From: the human T2T-CHM13v2.0 reference genome, Homo sapiens
Length of the DNA stretch: 64,000 nt
Assembly (NCBI RefSeq): GCF_009914755.1
Contig: NC_060938.1
Reading direction: 5' to 3' (one strand)
Under the pieces are notes generated by a model, which saw only the letters and a list, made by a program, of their open reading frames with translations, did not search any database and was not told the origin of the DNA. The position numbers and the translations under genes were made by a program. Of this stretch, positions 51,331 to 64,000 are shown piece by piece. The first letter of the stretch is position 1. Every line of letters starts with the position of its first letter.

Positions 51331-52815
51331 CCAGGCACGGTGGCTTACGCCTGTAATCCCAGCATTTTGGGAGGCCAGGGCGGGTGAATCACTTGAGGCC
51401 AGGAGTTCAAGACCAGCCCGGCCAACATGGTGAAACCCTGTCTCTACTAAAAATACAAAAATTAGCCGGGCGTGATGGCACATGCCTGTAATCCCAGCTA
51501 GTCAGGAGGCTGAAGCAGGAGAATCGCTTGAACCCAGGAGGCGGAGGTTGCAGTGAGCCAAGATCACACCACTGTACTCCAGCCTGGGCAACAGAGTAAG
51601 ACCCTGTCTCAAAAAAACCAGACAAACAAACAAACAACAACAAAAAGAAAATGAATTATATCACAATAAAAATATACCAAGTTTTTGTAATATAAATATA
51701 TATATATATATATAGGGGGATCACTTGAACCCAGGAGTTTGAGAGTACAGTGAGCTCTGATCATGTCACTGCACTCCAGCCTGGGTGACAGAGCAAGATC
51801 CAGTCTCAAAAAAAGAAAGGAAATCAGAAATAATTTCAATAACTAAATGTCAAAGGGAAATAGAAAGTATCAGGGAAAATGGAGGTGAATAGAAAATCAT
51901 GATTAGAAAACCGCACTAATAATACTGCAGTCAAGATCCATGGATGAATGCTAAGATTAGTCGGGAAAATGATATTTGCATAGCCTCAAAAAACCTACCT
52001 CCAGATGTATAAATTTCTTTGATACCTCTCTCTTCTAGAGGTTTTCTTTCCTTCCCCTTGAGTATGGGCTGGACTTAGTGACCCGCTTCTAACAGAAGGT
52101 ATGGCAAAAATACCTGGCAAATATCACTTTAACTTTAAAAGTGATCAAGGTTAACACCACCAGTTATAAGTTATGTTAATATCATATGCACCCAATAGGA
52201 TGCAGTATGAAGGCACATCATCTCTTGAATTCATCCATTAAATCCATAATCTCAGCCTATTCATGAAAAAACAGAAAACAAAACCAAACTGAAGAACATT
52301 CTACGACATTCTTCACTCTTGTTGCCTAGGCTGGAGTGCAGTGATGTGATACTCGGGAGGCTGGGGCAGGAGGATCACTGAGCCCTAGAGACATGGGTTG
52401 CGGTGAGCTGTGATTGCACCACCACGCTCCAGCTTGGGCAACAGACTGAGACCCTGTCTCAAGAATAAATAAATAAATAAATAAATTTATTTTTTAAAAG
52501 TGTCAAGATTTTGAAAAGACTGAAAATCTGTCACAGTTGGAGGAGACTGAGAAAACGCAATGACTAAATGCAATGTGGGATCCTGGATTGGCTTCTGGAA
52601 CAAAACAAAGTCGTTAGCGGAAAAATTGGGCAAATCCAAATCCTGACTGTAATTTAATTAACATTTTTAAATTAACTTACTGGTAATTTAATTAACAAAT
52701 GTTAATTTCCTAGTTTTGATAAATGTAGCATGGTTATGTAAGATGTTAACATTAGAAGAAGCTGGGTGAAGGGTATCGAGGAACACTTCGTACTATCTTT
52801 GCAACTCTTCTGTAA

Positions 52816-53289
<474 letters not shown>

Positions 53290-54075
53290 TGACTTGCTTT
53301 GCTTGTATTTATTAAATATGAGTGGAAGTGATGTGTTTTATTTCCAAGTGGAAGATTGAAGAGTTACTCGCCACGTGAAGCACAGAGCTCAAAATATGCG
53401 CAAAGTAGAGCAGGGCCTTCTCGCTGACCCTTAACGGGCCATGTGGCATGATTTAGAAATAAATCTTTGCTATTTTAAGTTGTTGAGATTTTGGGGTTGT
53501 TATGATAGCATAACTTTAATATTTTAACTGATAAAGAAACATACCCATCGTTCTGGATGAGAAGATTAGGTATTTGGAGGGTGGGAGGAGGGAGAAGATC
53601 AAGAAAAACAACTAATGGGTACTAGGCTTAATACCCGGGTGATGAAATAAACTGTACAACAAACCTCCATGACACAAGTTTACCTATGTAACAGACCTGC
53701 ACTTGTACCCCTGAACTTAGAAAGAATACGAGTTTCACATTTTTTTGAAAACTAAAAAATTCGGTCCAGATTTTCTGATTGATTAAATATATACTAATAA
53801 ATAAGACATTTATGAGAAAGAATAATGAGGTGATACTCGTACTGCTAGGTAACAAAAAGAACAGTCAAGTTAGCACTTATTGAATACTTACCACAAAAGT
53901 GTCACTGTTCTGTGTTTTACACCTTAACTCATTTAGTCCTTAAAACACTCCCATGAAGTAAGCACCATTATTATGGCTGTTGTACAAATGGGGGAAAGGA
54001 GGCATGAAGATTTGAACTCAGGCAGTCTTATTCCAAGTCCATGCTTTTTGCTGCTGTTACCCAGTCTCTCTAGAG

Positions 54076-54739
<664 letters not shown>

Positions 54740-55993
54740 CTCTAGATTTCAAAAACAGATGTGGATATATGTGTAAAAATTTGGTATATAAAAAAGATGC
54801 TTTTCTAGATGGGTAGAAGAAAAGATTGTTCAAATGTCCTATGGTCTCACAATCCAGTGGTTATAACTGTAAAACTCATCCAGCCTTTGGGAGACACTGA
54901 AACTCCATTTAAAGATAAGAACTTGAAGGATGTTTAATGTAAACCTAAATTGATTTTCCCTTCAACTCCTTTTGGGTACATAATTACTTTTACCTAGAAG
55001 CTGTTCTTGACTTTACTCATAACAATTATACCATGACCTCACTGTCCTTCTCCAAGATGAAACAAAAAACCCTTCAAGTGGGCCTGGCCAACAAGACTGA
55101 ATCTATTGAGCCTATTGGTCAAGTTAGCCTTTGCTTAACTTTCCCCAACCCCTTCACTCCAGCCTTAGCTGGGATGCTTTTATATAATTTTCAGAGCATG
55201 GAAGAGAGACAAATAGAGCTTCCTCCTGCAATTGGCCCAAGATTTTAGGGGAGCAAAAGGCAAAAGATTGAAATCAATGACTAGGATGATGCCATGCCAT
55301 GGTTCGCTGCAGGATTTCTGGCAAGGATTATGGATCATAAATTTCAAAATACCATAACTAGGACTTCTAGTCACAAGGTAGATGTGGAAATGATGGTCCA
55401 GAAGGTATATTTCGAGGCTTGGCATGAGGCACATAAGAGAAGACAGAAGCATGGCCTATCAGCGGATGTCATCATCCTCTGGTCAGGATGGAAACCAGGG
55501 CATTGGATAGAAATAAAGTCCCTCAGGTTATTTCTCCATGTAAAACCTGGAATCAGGGTACGGTGAGAGCAAAACTCAGTGCCCTTTAACTCCCCAAGTC
55601 TTCAAAACTCATTTCTAGACCAGGGTGTAGTGGTATTTCTCCAAGAGAAACCTACCAAACCAGGACAAAATCCCTGTAATAGCCTTCACTTATCTCCTAC
55701 AAGTCCTTGAATTCTTGGCCACAGAAGACATTTCCTTCTTCTTTAACCCTCAGAAAGAAAGGGCCTGAGGAAACTAAAGTCAGTGGTTTCAATCTTTTGC
55801 CTTTTGCTCTCCTAAAAGCATGGGCCAAGGGCAGGAGGAAGCTCTAGTTGTCTGTCTCCCATGCTCTGAAAATTCTACAAAACACCCCAGCTAAGGCTGG
55901 AGTAACAGAGGAGGAAAGTTAAGCAAAGGCTAACCTGCTCAATAGATTCTTCCATATGATTGAATTTTAGAAATATAATAAAGTTCTTTTATG

Positions 55994-56297
<304 letters not shown>

Positions 56298-56524
56298 GTT
56301 TTTTACTTAAGAAAATCAGAGTTCATGGCTATGATTGTGCCACCTCTCAATTAGTTTTAATCTTTGTGAATTTCAATTTGAGAGAGAGTAAGACACTTTC
56401 GTGATCTCTTCTGAGAATGCCAATTACCATATTGACTAAAGTTGAAAGTCGTGTCAGAAGTTGGGAAAACCAGAAGGTTTGTTCCGCTTTCAATGGCTTG
56501 GCTCCTCACCTCTCATCTGGGTAG

Positions 56525-56820
<296 letters not shown>

Positions 56821-57348
56821 TCCTCTGGGTAGTTCTGAGAAAAGGGCTGTCTCTGTGACAGAAACATAGCTCTTTCTAAATGCCCTGATGCATGACTGAC
56901 TTATTCTCCCTCCCTCATTCTTTCCCGATGAACTGAAAGGTCTTCCATGCTCTGTTCAAATTGAATGTTGGCCAACATCACTCTCATTCCTCCTCCTGGC
57001 AAGAATGGCATCCTAGGGTCCTAGGGCCCGCGAGTGATGCAAGAATTCTAAAACCTAGTTTCAAAAGAGTACCTACTAAAGATTTCATTCACTTTCTTGT
57101 GGTTCTAGTAAGGATTAATGTTGAATAAGAAGAGACACACATTAGAATGTACATATACATACACATAGAATATCCTCCTGTTCTAAATCCACATGAGAAC
57201 ACAGGCAGGCCTACACTTGAGATTTTTTGACACTTCATTTTTATAATTATCAAGAAATTATTAATTTTATAATTATTAAAAGCTACCAGTGTCTTCAGGC
57301 TTTGCATCTCTAGCACAAGGGGTATCATTATTCCCGAGTGGCACATCT

Positions 57349-63450
<6,102 letters not shown>

Positions 63451-63708
63451 CTACAGAGTCAGAAGTCAGAGGAGTGGGATTATCAGCATCCCTCCAGCAT
63501 TTTGGTATATCTGTAGTGTAGGGTGGAAGGCGGTTAGCCACGTAATTAAGGGCCTGGGTTCTCCTGGGTTCAAATCCTAGCTCTGTCACTCATTACTTTC
63601 TGCTTTGTGGTCTGTTTCTCTTTCTGAGCCTTGGGTTTCCCAACTATTTAATGAGTATAATGATAATGTACCTATCTGATATGGTGGTTGTGGGGCTGAG
63701 TGCGTCTA

Positions 63709-63855
<147 letters not shown>

Positions 63856-63898
63856 TTAGCTGGGCATGGTGGCAGGTGCCTATAATCTCAGCTACTCA

Positions 63899-64000
<102 letters not shown>

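Overview
Alu-dense hominid (most likely human) genomic DNA matching the CCNB1IP1-RPPH1-PARP2-TEP1 locus (human 14q11.2, recognised from gene content). Minus strand: the complete CCNB1IP1/HEI10 gene (277-aa meiotic RING E3 ligase; 3 coding exons, 4 upstream non-coding exons, TOP-like start), which hosts the snoRNAs SNORA79B and SNORD126. Centre: the RNase P RNA gene RPPH1 (H1, minus) head-to-head with the complete 16-exon PARP2 (plus) on a shared ~230-bp Pol III/Pol II promoter. Right: the last 12 coding exons and 3'UTR of TEP1 (minus). An SVA 3' end, LTRs, L1 fragments, a hAT element and a tailless U5 retrocopy fill the rest. Top observations: (1) the D-box guide of SNORD126 has a perfect 15-nt complement in intron 1 of its own host pre-mRNA, exposed in a bulge of a multi-hairpin element; (2) an apparently unannotated decayed SNORD126 paralogue lies in the neighbouring intron; (3) the long CCNB1IP1 leader has uORFs overlapping the HEI10 start codon in both alternative frames, while an internal CpG promoter-like element sits just upstream of the coding exons. 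Together these suggest a snoRNA-host/meiotic-gene composite with possible snoRNA feedback. Exon coordinates were read by hand from GT-AG boundaries and checked for frame; repeat subfamily names are approximate.
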